Shown piece after piece: positions 20,554 through 31,050 of a stretch of DNA of 64,000 nt. A program made the translations under genes and the position numbers. Under the pieces are notes generated by a model that saw nothing but the letters and a program-made list of their open reading frames with translations, was not told the origin of the DNA and did not search any database. This DNA comes from Clostridiaceae bacterium (GTDB lineage Bacteria > Bacillota > Clostridia > CAYPLH01 > DUMO01): the NCBI GenBank assembly GCA_012839865.1, contig DUMO01000045.1, positions 1 to 64,000 of the forward strand, given 5' to 3'. Each line of letters opens with the position of its first letter. Within the stretch, counting starts at the first letter, position 1.

Positions 20554-20616
20554 TTGTAATAACAGAATCGTCAGAATATAATTTTGCTTGCAACAATAAA
20601 GATGTGCGCACATCTT
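20554..20616 (+). promoter_or_regulatory. Promoter of the ABC operon plus a perfect 18-bp palindrome
   Basis: TTGTAA-17 bp-TATAAT (20554-82); AAGATGTGCGCACATCTT (20599-20616). Confidence 0.55.
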
Positions 20617-20668
20617 ACATATTTTTTTATCTATTGCTTAACCACAAAAAAAGAGGAGGTACATTTTA

Positions 20669-22312
20669 ATGAAGAGAAAAATTCTAATGCTGGTTACTTT
20701 GTTACTTTCAATCGCAATGGTTTTCTCTGCATGTGTTGTACAGGAAGGTTCGAAAGGCGGAACAGATCAAAATGGTACAGGCGATGTGGTAAAAGCGCCG
20801 GATAAACTTAGAATATTCTATGTAACTCAAGGCGCAACAGTTCCTGAGGATTTTGACTACCAAAACAACACTATTTTGAACTTGATTGCTAAAGCAGCAA
20901 ATGTAGAAATAGTAGAAGCAATTGTTCCACCATGGTCCGATATCGTAACGAAATATAACTTAATGATGTCTTCAGGCAACATTTGTGACGTAGTTCATTA
21001 CAACGGGCCGCAAACAATCAATAATGACGGTAAAAACGGAGCGTTTTTGGATTTGACAAGCGTCATTAATAATTCAGCAATTATTAAAGAACGCTACTCC
21101 AATTTTTTGGAACAATTAAAAGCAGAAGATGGGAAGATTTACGCTTTGCGTGCGCTACCTGCTGACGGCGACATAAACATGTGCTTCTATTTCAGATGGG
21201 ACGTGCTCCAGGATCTGGGCTACACAGAAGCTACAATTCCTGACACTCTTGATGAATGGATTGAAGCAATGAGAAAACTGAAACAAAAATATCCTGATGC
21301 AATTCCATATACCTCCATGGACAACTTACACTGGTCTGAGTTCGTATTCAGCTGCTATGGAATTACCGGACGCGGAACTGCATGGCAGGAATATTTCGGA
21401 AAGGCAATCCATTCCTTTGAGCATCCGTTGATTAAAGATGCCCTGAGCACTTACAAGATGATGCTTGATGAAGGTCTGATGGATCCTGAATTCATAACAA
21501 GCAAGAGAGCGGATTTTGACGCAAAGAGATGGAACAAGAAAGTATTGATCAACCAGCAGAACCTCGGTGCGGCAATGGTATTCGCAAGCCGTTATATGTC
21601 CAATAACATTCCGGAAGCAAGAACAGTTCCGGGCATATGGCCTTTTGTTGACGATCCGAGAGTAGACCCTGCCTCAATATATGAAGGAATTCTTCCTGTT
21701 GGCAACTCCGTTGTTGCAATTGCATCTACCAGCAAGGTTAAGGATGCTGCAATAAGATTTGTTGAAGAAATGCTTTCTGAAGAAACCCAGACATATATTA
21801 CCTGGGGTATTGAAGGCGTTGACTACGAAGTTGTCAATGGCGAAAAACAGCAAATCCTGGATGACGGTTCGGGTACACAAAACTTCACCCAGGCCAAGAG
21901 TTTGTACAACTGGCTGTTTGCCGTCAACACACGCATGAATATTGAAAAATCCTTCAAGGCTACATTGAACGCCATTAAGAATGCAAATCCCGGGATCACA
22001 CAGGCAGAGCTTGACGAGTATTCAAGAATCAGTTGGAAATACTTCAATAAAGCACTCGAAATCAACAACTCCTATCCCACTTACGTGCTGAATAAGTTCA
22101 TCACGCTTAATGATGATACCGCTGCAAGAGCAACAGAAGCTGCAAATGAAGCTCTTATCATAGTTACAAAAGCTATGAGAGGCGACATTTCTCTTGATGA
22201 ATTTGATGTACAGGCTGCCAATTTCCTTGAGAAGTATAAGTTCATCACTGAAGAGTACAACCAAAAACTGCCTGCCGCATATAAGCTGGTAGGAAGGGAA
22301 TATGGCAAATAA
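20669..22312 (+). CDS. Carbohydrate ABC transporter substrate-binding lipoprotein (LplA-like)
   Basis: Lipobox FSAC; RWDVLQDLG..PDTLDEW; TWGIEGVDY. Confidence 0.88.
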   Translation: MKRKILMLVTLLLSIAMVFSACVVQEGSKGGTDQNGTGDVVKAPDKLRIFYVTQGATVPEDFDYQNNTILNLIAKAANVEIVEAIVPPWSDIVTKYNLMMSSGNICDVVHYNGPQTINNDGKNGAFLDLTSVINNSAIIKERYSNFLEQLKAEDGKIYALRALPADGDINMCFYFRWDVLQDLGYTEATIPDTLDEWIEAMRKLKQKYPDAIPYTSMDNLHWSEFVFSCYGITGRGTAWQEYFGKAIHSFEHPLIKDALSTYKMMLDEGLMDPEFITSKRADFDAKRWNKKVLINQQNLGAAMVFASRYMSNNIPEARTVPGIWPFVDDPRVDPASIYEGILPVGNSVVAIASTSKVKDAAIRFVEEMLSEETQTYITWGIEGVDYEVVNGEKQQILDDGSGTQNFTQAKSLYNWLFAVNTRMNIEKSFKATLNAIKNANPGITQAELDEYSRISWKYFNKALEINNSYPTYVLNKFITLNDDTAARATEAANEALIIVTKAMRGDISLDEFDVQAANFLEKYKFITEEYNQKLPAAYKLVGREYGK

Positions 22313-22334
22313 TTAACCGGCACCACACTTTCTT

Positions 22335-22371
22335 TTCCCTGAAGGTTGCATTCCTTGCGGCCTTCAGGGAA
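22335..22371 (+). terminator. Intra-operon stem-loop after the binding-protein gene
   Basis: TTCCCTGAAGGT...GCCTTCAGGGAA with no U-tract. Confidence 0.6.
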
Positions 22372-22461
22372 TATATAATTAGAAGAAACAGATATTCATT
22401 TTCATGCATATTATTACCAGATTATTTTATACATATAAGCTGGTAGCAGGGGGTAACTAAT

Positions 22462-23403
22462 TTGGCCAGAAAAAACGACATACTGATTGAATTAAATGAA
22501 AAACGCGGATTTAAAAAAAGCAGGGACTTACCAATTTATATGCTACTGCTTCCAGGTATGCTTCTACTTTTTGTATTCCATTACATACCTCTTTTCGGGG
22601 TAGCCATAGCTTTTCAGAATTTTATTCCCTTTAAGGGTGTCCTCGGAAGTCAATGGGTTGGACTTAAAAATTTTGAGTACTTTCTTAAAGATCAAAACTT
22701 TTGGAGAGTAATGAAAAATACACTGGAAATAAATTTATTGGAGATTGTTTTCGGGTTTCCCTTTCCTATTATTTTTGCTCTTTTGCTAAATGAGTTATGG
22801 TCAAGCAAGTTTAAAAAGACTGTACAAACAATTAGCTATTTACCTCATTTTATTTCCTGGGTTATAGCAGCCGGAATTTTCAGGTCAATACTTTCACCAA
22901 GTTCCGGTATTATAAATGTATTTTTGAAAAATGTTTTGGGAATGCAACCAATTCACTTTCTTTCAATTGCAGGTTATTTCAGACCGATATTAATTATTGC
23001 GGGAATTTGGAAAGGTTTTGGAATGAATGCCGTATATTATCTTGCTGCTCTTTCTTCAATAGATGCACAGCTATATGAAGCAGCAAAAATTGACGGAGCT
23101 GGCAAGTGGCGTCAAACCTGGCATATCACTTTACCGGGTTTAAAGAATATAACCATAGTACTGTTGGTACTGCAAGTAGGTTCTTTGGTCACAATCGGCT
23201 TTGAGCGGATTTTCCTGTTATACAACCCCCTCGTTTATGAAGTGGGTGATGTTATCAGCACGTATACTTACAGGCTTGGAATTGAGCAAGTAAGGTTTTC
23301 ACTTACTTCAGCCATCGGGCTTACTCAATCTGTTGTCAATTTCATTCTTGTGTATTCAACCAATCGACTGGCAAAAGCAGTAGCCGGCTGGTCACTGTGG
23401 TAA
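22462..23403 (+). CDS. Sugar ABC permease (LplB-like)
   Basis: QTISYLPHFISWV; EAA loop LYEAAKIDGAGKW. Confidence 0.92.
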   Translation: MARKNDILIELNEKRGFKKSRDLPIYMLLLPGMLLLFVFHYIPLFGVAIAFQNFIPFKGVLGSQWVGLKNFEYFLKDQNFWRVMKNTLEINLLEIVFGFPFPIIFALLLNELWSSKFKKTVQTISYLPHFISWVIAAGIFRSILSPSSGIINVFLKNVLGMQPIHFLSIAGYFRPILIIAGIWKGFGMNAVYYLAALSSIDAQLYEAAKIDGAGKWRQTWHITLPGLKNITIVLLVLQVGSLVTIGFERIFLLYNPLVYEVGDVISTYTYRLGIEQVRFSLTSAIGLTQSVVNFILVYSTNRLAKAVAGWSLW

Positions 23404-23418
23404 TAGGAGGTGTGGCTA

Positions 23419-24306
23419 ATGATTAGGAAAAGCACCGGTGAAAAAATCTTCCAGGTTGTTAATATAATGTTCATGTTGATGATAATTGCAGCTATTCTTT
23501 TCCCTCTATTGCATATTTTCAGCATATCCGTAAGCGAAAGTTCTGCGGTTACAACCCTTAAGGTAGGCTTGCTGCCGATAGGATTTAACCTTGTCGCATA
23601 TAAAAAAATAATCGGTACTAATCTGTTCCAGCGCTCCTTGTTTAATACCGTACTGGTTACATTCGTCGGGACAGTTCTATCGGTTATTGTTATTACCATG
23701 CTGGCTTACGCATTATCCAGAAGGTATTTTTTCGGGAAAAAGTTTGTAACATACTATTTGGTAATTACAATGTATTTTTCAGGAGGCTTGATACCCACAT
23801 ACATTTTAATAACCAATTATTTAAATCTTGAGAATACTTACCTTGCATATATATTGCCTTCACTTGTAAGTGTTTTTTATGTAATTGTTGTTAAGAGCCA
23901 GATAGAAGCAGTACCGTCTGATTTGGTTGATTCAGGCGCTATAGACGGTGCCGGCGAATTCAGAATATTATTCAATATCATAATTCCTGTAATTACGCCG
24001 ACAATAGCTGCAGTAAGCATGTTTCTTGCCCTGGGACGCTGGAACATGTGGTTTCCTGTTCTCCTGTATGCATCCAAGAAAACCATGTGGACTCTTCAAT
24101 ATTATCTCAGGAGTATAGTTTTTGAAAAGTCTCTTATTGAACAAACGGTATTGACAGCAGGAGAAAACATAGAAGCAGACATAATACCACCACAAAATTA
24201 TCAAATGGCATCTATCATTGTAGTAGCCCTGCCTGTTGTGTGTATATACCCTTTCATCCAGAAATACTTTGTAAAAGGTATACTTGCAGGCAGCGTAAAA
24301 GGCTGA
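23419..24306 (+). CDS. Sugar ABC permease (LplC-like)
   Basis: FSGGLIPTY; DSGAIDGAGEF; QKYFVKGILAGSVKG. Confidence 0.92.
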   Translation: MIRKSTGEKIFQVVNIMFMLMIIAAILFPLLHIFSISVSESSAVTTLKVGLLPIGFNLVAYKKIIGTNLFQRSLFNTVLVTFVGTVLSVIVITMLAYALSRRYFFGKKFVTYYLVITMYFSGGLIPTYILITNYLNLENTYLAYILPSLVSVFYVIVVKSQIEAVPSDLVDSGAIDGAGEFRILFNIIIPVITPTIAAVSMFLALGRWNMWFPVLLYASKKTMWTLQYYLRSIVFEKSLIEQTVLTAGENIEADIIPPQNYQMASIIVVALPVVCIYPFIQKYFVKGILAGSVKG

Positions 24307-24405
24307 AAATCGGGGTACCGGCCTTCACCCTGTTCCGGTATGGTTATTTCAGTTTTTCAACTGAGATAACTATACCGGGATAAACTTTCAGGTACCCCGT
24401 TTTTT
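24307..24405. repeat. Long nested inverted repeat (~95 nt) between the convergent permease and glmM
   Basis: Outer CGGGGTACC/GGTACCCCG; inner 20-bp stem 24335-54/24359-78 whose two mismatches are both G-U compatible. Confidence 0.8.
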
Positions 24406-24464
24406 TATTTAATCTCTCTGTTTTAGAAACGAAGGAAAAATCCAGGCAATAAAAACCATTTACT

Positions 24465-25814
24465 TTACGACAGCCGGTTTTCGATAACCTTCACCAGTTC
24501 CTCTGCTTTTTCTGAAATATAGTCAATATTGCTGCCCTCAATCATGACTCTTATCAAAGGTTCGGTACCCGAAGGCCTTATCAGTACTCTGCCCTTGTTT
24601 GAAAATTCAGCCTCCAATTCTTTGCACACTCTTGCGATAACTTCATCTTCAAGGTATTTATGTTTTTTTTCATTGCTTACCTTTGCGTTTCTTATCACCT
24701 GGGGCAAAATCTGTACAATTGAAGAAAGCTCCGATAATTTTCTTCCGGTGAGTTTCAAAATCCTCAAAAGCTGCAGTGCCGTCAATATTCCGTCCCCTGT
24801 CGTATTGTGCTCAAGCAGAATGATATGCCCCGACTGCTCTCCTCCAATCACATATCCGTTCTCAAGCATTTCTTCAAGAACATACCTGTCACCCACCTTG
24901 GTCCTGACAAGCTTTATATTGTTCTCTTTGGTAAAAATCTCAAATCCCATGTTGCTCATGACAGTAGCAACTATGGTATCCCCGGCAAGCCTTCCCGCCT
25001 TTTTAAGGTCCAGGCCGATAACAGCCATTATTTTATCTCCATCGACTATTTCACCATTCTCATCAACAGCAAGCACTCTATCGGCATCTCCGTCAAATGC
25101 TATTCCTATGTCGGCTCCAACTGCCCTGACTTTTTCGCAAAGGCTTTCCAGGTGCAAAGAACCACATTCCTTATTAATATTCAGTCCATCAGGTGTGTCA
25201 TTTATGACCGTTACATCCGCCCCCAATTCAAGAAAAGTGCGGGGAGCAGCTTTATATGCTGCGCCATTGGCACAGTCAACCATTATTTTAATACCTTTCA
25301 AATCAACATCAATTGTACTTTTCAAAAAATCAACATAATCCTCCAGTGTTGTGTTCATAATACTGCTGGTTCCAACACCTTCACCAACAGGTACCGGAAG
25401 CCCTTCCACCCCGGATTTGACAATCATTTCAATTCTGTCTTCCAGTTCATCTGAAAGCTTGTATCCTTTACTGTTGAAAAACTTTATACCGTTAAATTCA
25501 AAAGGATTGTGGGAAGCAGATATAACCACCCCGGCATCTGCATTATACTTTCTTACAAGATAAGCAACCGCCGGTGTGGGAATAACGCCAAGAATAATAG
25601 CCTCCGCTCCTACCGAGCATATTCCTGAAACAAGAGCTGCTTCAAGCATGGAGCCTGAAATCCTTGTATCCTTTCCCACCAGGATACGAGGTGTATGCCT
25701 GGTTTCATTGGTTAAAACATAAGCCCCGGCCTTGCCCAGTTTGAAGGCAAGCTCAGCAGTAAGCTCCTTATTTGCAATTCCTCTTACTCCATCAGTTCCA
25801 AATAGTCTAGCCAA
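24465..25814 (-). CDS. glmM: Phosphoglucosamine mutase
   Basis: [37 protein letters not shown]. Confidence 0.97.
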   Translation of the reverse strand: MARLFGTDGVRGIANKELTAELAFKLGKAGAYVLTNETRHTPRILVGKDTRISGSMLEAALVSGICSVGAEAIILGVIPTPAVAYLVRKYNADAGVVISASHNPFEFNGIKFFNSKGYKLSDELEDRIEMIVKSGVEGLPVPVGEGVGTSSIMNTTLEDYVDFLKSTIDVDLKGIKIMVDCANGAAYKAAPRTFLELGADVTVINDTPDGLNINKECGSLHLESLCEKVRAVGADIGIAFDGDADRVLAVDENGEIVDGDKIMAVIGLDLKKAGRLAGDTIVATVMSNMGFEIFTKENNIKLVRTKVGDRYVLEEMLENGYVIGGEQSGHIILLEHNTTGDGILTALQLLRILKLTGRKLSELSSIVQILPQVIRNAKVSNEKKHKYLEDEVIARVCKELEAEFSNKGRVLIRPSGTEPLIRVMIEGSNIDYISEKAEELVKVIENRLS

Positions 25815-25990
25815 ATATGACCCTCCAATTACTCTTAAAAATATTTTTTTAAGTTTCCACTTTGCTGTTTATAAAAAATGCCTTAATGCCAGGCATCCAT
25901 TTTTTCAGTCAAAACAAAACTTAATCCCAATGTCTGATGCCATAGGCCTTCGGCTGAGTTTTTGCAATCAAGCCAACGGAACCTGATTCA

Positions 25991-27307
25991 TCACCGGCTG
26001 AAAAACCCGGCATCCACGGAGTCATTTTCATCATCTGTTTCCCCGCCGGCCGTTGGATTTTCATTATTTTCATTGCTCTCATTTCCTTCAGTGTCTTCCG
26101 AACTTGCAATCCTGTTTATCTCTACCGTTACCGTATACTCGCCGTCAATCATCAGTTGGTCGGGAACATATAAAGCAAGGGGCACCTCATGAACTCCCTC
26201 TTCCAGGTAATTAACACTTATTGAAGGTATTACTGAAGTCAGATTGAACGCAGCATCCTTGCTTTTACCAACCAACTTAACCGATACATCCGGCGTTATT
26301 ATATTATATGTATACTCCAGTTTCCTGCCGTAAATTCTGATCTGGTCTTTCAAAATACTGTACTCCCTTTCAGGCAGTTTTTCAATTATTACAGAAAGCG
26401 CAATCTCGGTATTTTGATCATATAAGGTCACGCCCTCGGGTAGTTGAAGGCCGACAGTCGCATTGACACTTTCAAATTGACCTTCAATATTGTAAGGCAC
26501 CGTGCTTATTTCACCAAGCTCCTTCAAAGCATCCGAAGGACCTTGAACAAACACTTTTTCAGGTGCAACCTTTTTATCCTCCACAGAATAATACTTCATA
26601 GGTTCACCCTCAACCACGGGTTTTACGGCAACTTCCTTTGCAATCTCCAGATTGGCGCTTGCATTTATGTTGAATTTAGTGGCATATCCGATTAATTCTT
26701 CATTATTGGCATTATAAAAACGGCAATTTACCAAGGTTGAAATATTTTCATGAAGATCCTCATAGTACAGAGGTGCAACAACTGAGCTTATGGCGTTTAC
26801 CTCAGGCTCAAGCCCTACAATCTCCACTATGTCGGGGGTCAAAAAGGATTTTGTAATTATGTAACCTCTTCGGACCGTACCTTCCGGCATTAACTTCACT
26901 TGAAATGTCTTTTTGATTATATCCTTGATATTAACTTTAACCGATTTATAATTTGTACCAATTATGTAAACTCCATTGTTTTCATTGATAATATGTACCG
27001 AAAGCTCATATTCGCCTGCTCTTTTAATATCAGAGAAGTCGATGATGGCTTTAAAGTCTGCTCCGGATATTTCATTTATAGCATCTTTCCTTCCCTGTAT
27101 TGCAACATTAACATATTGCGGTATGCTGGTATTGTACAAGCCAAGGCTTTTTTGGGACAGCTCATTGTAGTTTTCCTGGCTTAAGGGCACTACAACCGTT
27201 TTGGTGCCCAGGGGATTCCTGCTGTTTAACGCTACAAACCACAACAAAATTGCAAATATTACAGAAAGTATTTTTGTAACAATGCTTGAACTCAAATACT
27301 TGTTCAT
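25991..27307 (-). CDS. cdaR: YbbR-domain diadenylate cyclase regulator
   Basis: N-terminal TM, repeated YbbR-like domains, acidic tail; located between cdaA and glmM. Confidence 0.88.
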   Translation of the reverse strand: MNKYLSSSIVTKILSVIFAILLWFVALNSRNPLGTKTVVVPLSQENYNELSQKSLGLYNTSIPQYVNVAIQGRKDAINEISGADFKAIIDFSDIKRAGEYELSVHIINENNGVYIIGTNYKSVKVNIKDIIKKTFQVKLMPEGTVRRGYIITKSFLTPDIVEIVGLEPEVNAISSVVAPLYYEDLHENISTLVNCRFYNANNEELIGYATKFNINASANLEIAKEVAVKPVVEGEPMKYYSVEDKKVAPEKVFVQGPSDALKELGEISTVPYNIEGQFESVNATVGLQLPEGVTLYDQNTEIALSVIIEKLPEREYSILKDQIRIYGRKLEYTYNIITPDVSVKLVGKSKDAAFNLTSVIPSISVNYLEEGVHEVPLALYVPDQLMIDGEYTVTVEINRIASSEDTEGNESNENNENPTAGGETDDENDSVDAGFFSR

Positions 27308-28185
27308 TTATTTTTCACCTTCCACAGTGAGGACAATTTCATCTGAGTATCCTTTTTGATTATAAGGTTTTTATTTAATGCCTTTCGTAAAGTATCCTGT
27401 GTGAGGTTTCTGGTAAGACCCCCGTTCAAGGCAAAGGAAATTTTGCCGGATTCCTCGGAAACCACTATTACAATCGCATCTGAGACCTCGGTAATACCAA
27501 GGGCGGCTCTGTGTCTTGTCCCCAACTCTTTACTTAAATTCGGGTTGTCCGTAAGAGGTAAAAAACAGGAAGTTGCTTTAATCCTGTTATCTCTTATTAC
27601 AACCGCACCATCGTGCAGGGGCGTATTGGGAGAAAAAATATTTATCAGAAGTTCCGAGGTGACATTGGCGTCAATTTCAATACCTGAATTTATTATTTCT
27701 CCTATCTTGGTCTCACGCTCAATAACAATCAAAGCCCCCACATAGTTGCTCGCCATGTGAAAACATGCTTTAACAAGCTCTTCAATCATTGTGGTTGTCT
27801 GTATGATCTTGCTTTCTTCATCAAAGCTGAAGAAGTCCTTGAACTTGCTCCTTCCGATCTTCTCAAGCCCTCTCCTGAGCTCAGGCTGAAAAATGACAAC
27901 AAGTGCAAATCCAACGATTTGTATAGAATTGGTAAGTATGTACTCTATTGTTCTTAAACCAAGCAACTCTGATAAATACCTGGCGGCAATAATAACGAAA
28001 ATCCCTTTAATCAACTGAACAGCACGGGTTTCTCTTACAAGCTGTATCAGCTTGTATATTACATATGATACAATACTTATATCGACAATTATTTGCAGAA
28101 TGCTCAACGGGCCATCAATTGCCAAAAAATCTCTAATCAGTCTGAAAAAATTAGATATATTAAATTCCTTAAGAGTATCCAGCAA
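27304..28185 (-). CDS. cdaA: Diadenylate cyclase
   Basis: TPLHDGA and GTRHRAA DAC motifs; N-terminal TMs. Confidence 0.96.
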   Translation of the reverse strand: MLDTLKEFNISNFFRLIRDFLAIDGPLSILQIIVDISIVSYVIYKLIQLVRETRAVQLIKGIFVIIAARYLSELLGLRTIEYILTNSIQIVGFALVVIFQPELRRGLEKIGRSKFKDFFSFDEESKIIQTTTMIEELVKACFHMASNYVGALIVIERETKIGEIINSGIEIDANVTSELLINIFSPNTPLHDGAVVIRDNRIKATSCFLPLTDNPNLSKELGTRHRAALGITEVSDAIVIVVSEESGKISFALNGGLTRNLTQDTLRKALNKNLIIKKDTQMKLSSLWKVKNK

Positions 28186-28523
28186 ACAACCTCACCCTTT
28201 GGCAAATAACGATATTATGAGTATTGCACTATGATTGCTCCGGAGGGTAGTCCGACTTTTCCACAGTTAACCATATTGTCAATATCACACTAAAATTATA
28301 ACCTTTTTTCTTAATAATTGTAAGGTATATTTAAATTATTTAATTTAATTATAATATTTCTCATTTCAAGCTTCCGTTAGATGCATTGAACGCTATTCAT
28401 TAAATATACGCAAAGCTTTAAAAAAAATAACAATTAACTTTATTTTTATTTCAAAAAATAATGCTGCACAATAGCAGCAATATACTTACATTTGCAAACC
28501 TTTGCATCCGCGCCGGTTCAAAC

Positions 28524-29393
28524 TTACCGGACGTTTCCCAGATAAACATGTTTCAAATACTCCCTGGCTTTGTCTCTTGCCTTATAAAGGGTTTCCACCG
28601 GGGTCGGCATTTTATTCTGCATTTTATAGTTGGGAAAAAACCTTGAAAGATGTAAAGGGATTTCAGGTGATATGGAAGCTATCCATTTCGCCAGGCTCTC
28701 TATTTCTTCCATCGAGTCGTTCAATTCCGGTACAATTAGTGTAGTAATTTCCACATGACAGCTTTGAACTGCCATGGCAACGGTTTTTTTGACATTTTCC
28801 AGATCCGCGCCACATACTTTCTTGTAAAAAGCCTCTGTATATGCCTTTACATCAATATTCATGGCATCTATACAGGGTAAAATGTCCCGAAGAGGTTCCG
28901 GGCTTATGTAGCCATTGGTAACCAGCACATTGACAAGCCCCCTGGAATGGATTATCCTGGCTGTTTCATAAACATGTTCATACCAAATGGAAGGCTCGTT
29001 GTAAGTATACGCAAGGCCTATGTTTCCATTTTCTTTAAGTTCGGCCGCCTTGTCTGCCAACTGCATAGGCATCATTTCATAAACATCCGGTGTGCTGTGA
29101 GCAATACCCCAGTTCTGACAGAATGAGCATTTCAGATTGCATCCGAAAGTCCCTGCCGATAGAATAATGCTTCCCGGATTAAACCTGTTTAAAGGCTTTT
29201 TCTCAATCGGATCCAAAGCCAATGCTGTAATTTTTCCATAATTAAGCGAATAGAGCCGCCCGTCCAAATTTTTCCGTGCCCGGCAGATTCCCAGACCTCC
29301 GGGTTTTATAATACAATTGTGAGGGCATAAAAAGCAACGGACTTTGGAGTTTTCAATTTTTTCAAAGTACATGGCTTCCTTTAACCCGGTCAA
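28524..29393 (-). CDS. amrS: AmmeMemoRadiSam-system radical SAM enzyme
   Basis: CFLCPHNC, DPIEKKPL, GCNLKCSFCQN, AYTYNEP, LHLSRFFP. Confidence 0.92.
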   Translation of the reverse strand: MTGLKEAMYFEKIENSKVRCFLCPHNCIIKPGGLGICRARKNLDGRLYSLNYGKITALALDPIEKKPLNRFNPGSIILSAGTFGCNLKCSFCQNWGIAHSTPDVYEMMPMQLADKAAELKENGNIGLAYTYNEPSIWYEHVYETARIIHSRGLVNVLVTNGYISPEPLRDILPCIDAMNIDVKAYTEAFYKKVCGADLENVKKTVAMAVQSCHVEITTLIVPELNDSMEEIESLAKWIASISPEIPLHLSRFFPNYKMQNKMPTPVETLYKARDKAREYLKHVYLGNVR

Positions 29394-29534
29394 TATATCA
29401 CCCTCTTAAACTTTCAGGAAGTTGTGCAGCGTTTTGAATTAACAGTTATTTTATGCCCATTCTTTCAAAATTTCAGAAAGCTTTTGCAACATCACTGTTC
29501 ACATATGTTCAGGAGTAACCTATATTCCTCTGGT

Positions 29535-30944
29535 CTACTTGTACCTTTTCACTTCAAACCTTTCCATGGTGAAGTCTTCATCAGGGTTTATCCCTGCCTT
29601 TTGCAGTGCTATTGAAACCTGCTGTGCAGGTGTGTCAACACCCTCAAGGTCAGGAAGCAGCAAGCCGGATCTGTAACCTTTCCTGACAATCACACCAAAC
29701 CTTTTTACGTCCAGCTCCTCCATACTGCTGATAGGTTCAGGATCTGACAGCACATCAACACTGTACACCAAAGAGTCAAGTTCGCTGCCACTTACCGGCT
29801 CAAACCTGGGATCCTGGGTACCGGCACTGATTGCATTATAAATAATTTCTTCTGCAATGTTTTTTCTTGTTGGCACAATTGTTCCAATACATCCTCTCAG
29901 ATGGCCATTCTTTTTAATGGATACAAAAACACCTGCCCTTTTTTGAAGCATTTCTTCCGGAAATTCACCGTAAAGTTTCAGTGTCCTTCCCTCCCTGACA
30001 TACGACTCGAGACTCTGCCTGGCAAGTCTGACATGCGGGCTTTCATTATTTCTGATCCTGTTTATTCTTTCGGCATTCTTCTTTTCAACAATGTTCAGTA
30101 TCTTTCTTGAACCATCTTCTTCCCCGACTTCGATACGTGCAACTGCATATCCGATTCCGTAGGGACCTTCGTAGGAATAAACCTCAGGTTTTAGGCTCAT
30201 CCCGTCTAAGGTTCCATACATAATAAGGATGGACCGTAAACCGCATTCTCCGGCACTTTCGCAAAAATCCTCATCAAGCTCCAGCAGTCTTTCAACATCC
30301 GAATCAGATACACTTTTCACCAGCAAATCATCGAATATCTTTCCATCCCTGCTGTACCCGTAAGCAGTATCATGGCTCAACCTGTGGGAGAGGTCTCCGC
30401 TGGCCAGAATTACAACTCTTTCGCCGCTTTCACGAACTGCTTCACCAATCAGGGTGCCAAATTTATAAAGCTTTAAAAAAGGCATCCATGCGATCGCCAT
30501 ATGTATTATTTTAAAGCCGGTCAGCTCTTCATTTACAAAATAAAGGGGAACAATTGCCCCATGGTCAAGCTCACCGCTGTATCCGTAACGCCGTAAGATA
30601 CGTCCTGTATGGTCCTGCCATTCAATATCGTTTTCATCAGCCTTTTGCAAGACTTTTCCGGCAAGGCTCAAGTTGTTTTTAAACTTCATTCTGACATTTG
30701 GCGCATGAAATTTCTTAAGATCACCTTCCAGAAATTCCGACCGGGATACATAAACATAATCCCGCATGACAGGTCCGTGAGGTGTAATTACAATTATGGT
30801 ATCCGGATTGTCTTTCTTTATTTCCTTTGCAGCTATTCGCATTGCATCTATGGTTTTTTGGGCTTCCTTTTCATTCCCTCTGCCTACTTCAGGAACGATA
30901 ATCGGAGGGTGAGGGAATATATAAGCACTTATTATTTTTCCCAT
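29535..30944 (-). CDS. amrA: Memo/LigB-like domain fused to an AMMECR1 domain (AmmeMemoRadiSam protein A)
   Basis: PHPPIIVPEVG, LDHG, ASGDLSHRL, then GVFVSIKK..LRGCIGT, DPRF, GLLLPDLEG. Confidence 0.9.
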   Translation of the reverse strand: MGKIISAYIFPHPPIIVPEVGRGNEKEAQKTIDAMRIAAKEIKKDNPDTIIVITPHGPVMRDYVYVSRSEFLEGDLKKFHAPNVRMKFKNNLSLAGKVLQKADENDIEWQDHTGRILRRYGYSGELDHGAIVPLYFVNEELTGFKIIHMAIAWMPFLKLYKFGTLIGEAVRESGERVVILASGDLSHRLSHDTAYGYSRDGKIFDDLLVKSVSDSDVERLLELDEDFCESAGECGLRSILIMYGTLDGMSLKPEVYSYEGPYGIGYAVARIEVGEEDGSRKILNIVEKKNAERINRIRNNESPHVRLARQSLESYVREGRTLKLYGEFPEEMLQKRAGVFVSIKKNGHLRGCIGTIVPTRKNIAEEIIYNAISAGTQDPRFEPVSGSELDSLVYSVDVLSDPEPISSMEELDVKRFGVIVRKGYRSGLLLPDLEGVDTPAQQVSIALQKAGINPDEDFTMERFEVKRYK

Positions 30945-30951
30945 ATCACAC

Positions 30952-31050
30952 CTACTTTCCGAATACTGAATATCCAAACGAAATAATATAGGTCATCATA
31001 AAGGCCACCAATGTAATTATGGCAACCCATTTCACTAGTTGTTTTTTCAT
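30952..31050 (-). CDS. 32-aa single-TM small protein (below the ORF-track cutoff)
   Basis: MKKQLVKWVAIITLVAFMMTYIISFGYSVFGK*; SD GGGTGA; stop overlaps the SD of amrA. Confidence 0.7.
   Translation of the reverse strand: MKKQLVKWVAIITLVAFMMTYIISFGYSVFGK

Noticed and set aside
24400..24465. glmS ribozyme downstream of glmM
   Set aside because: No ribozyme consensus and no glmS gene follows.
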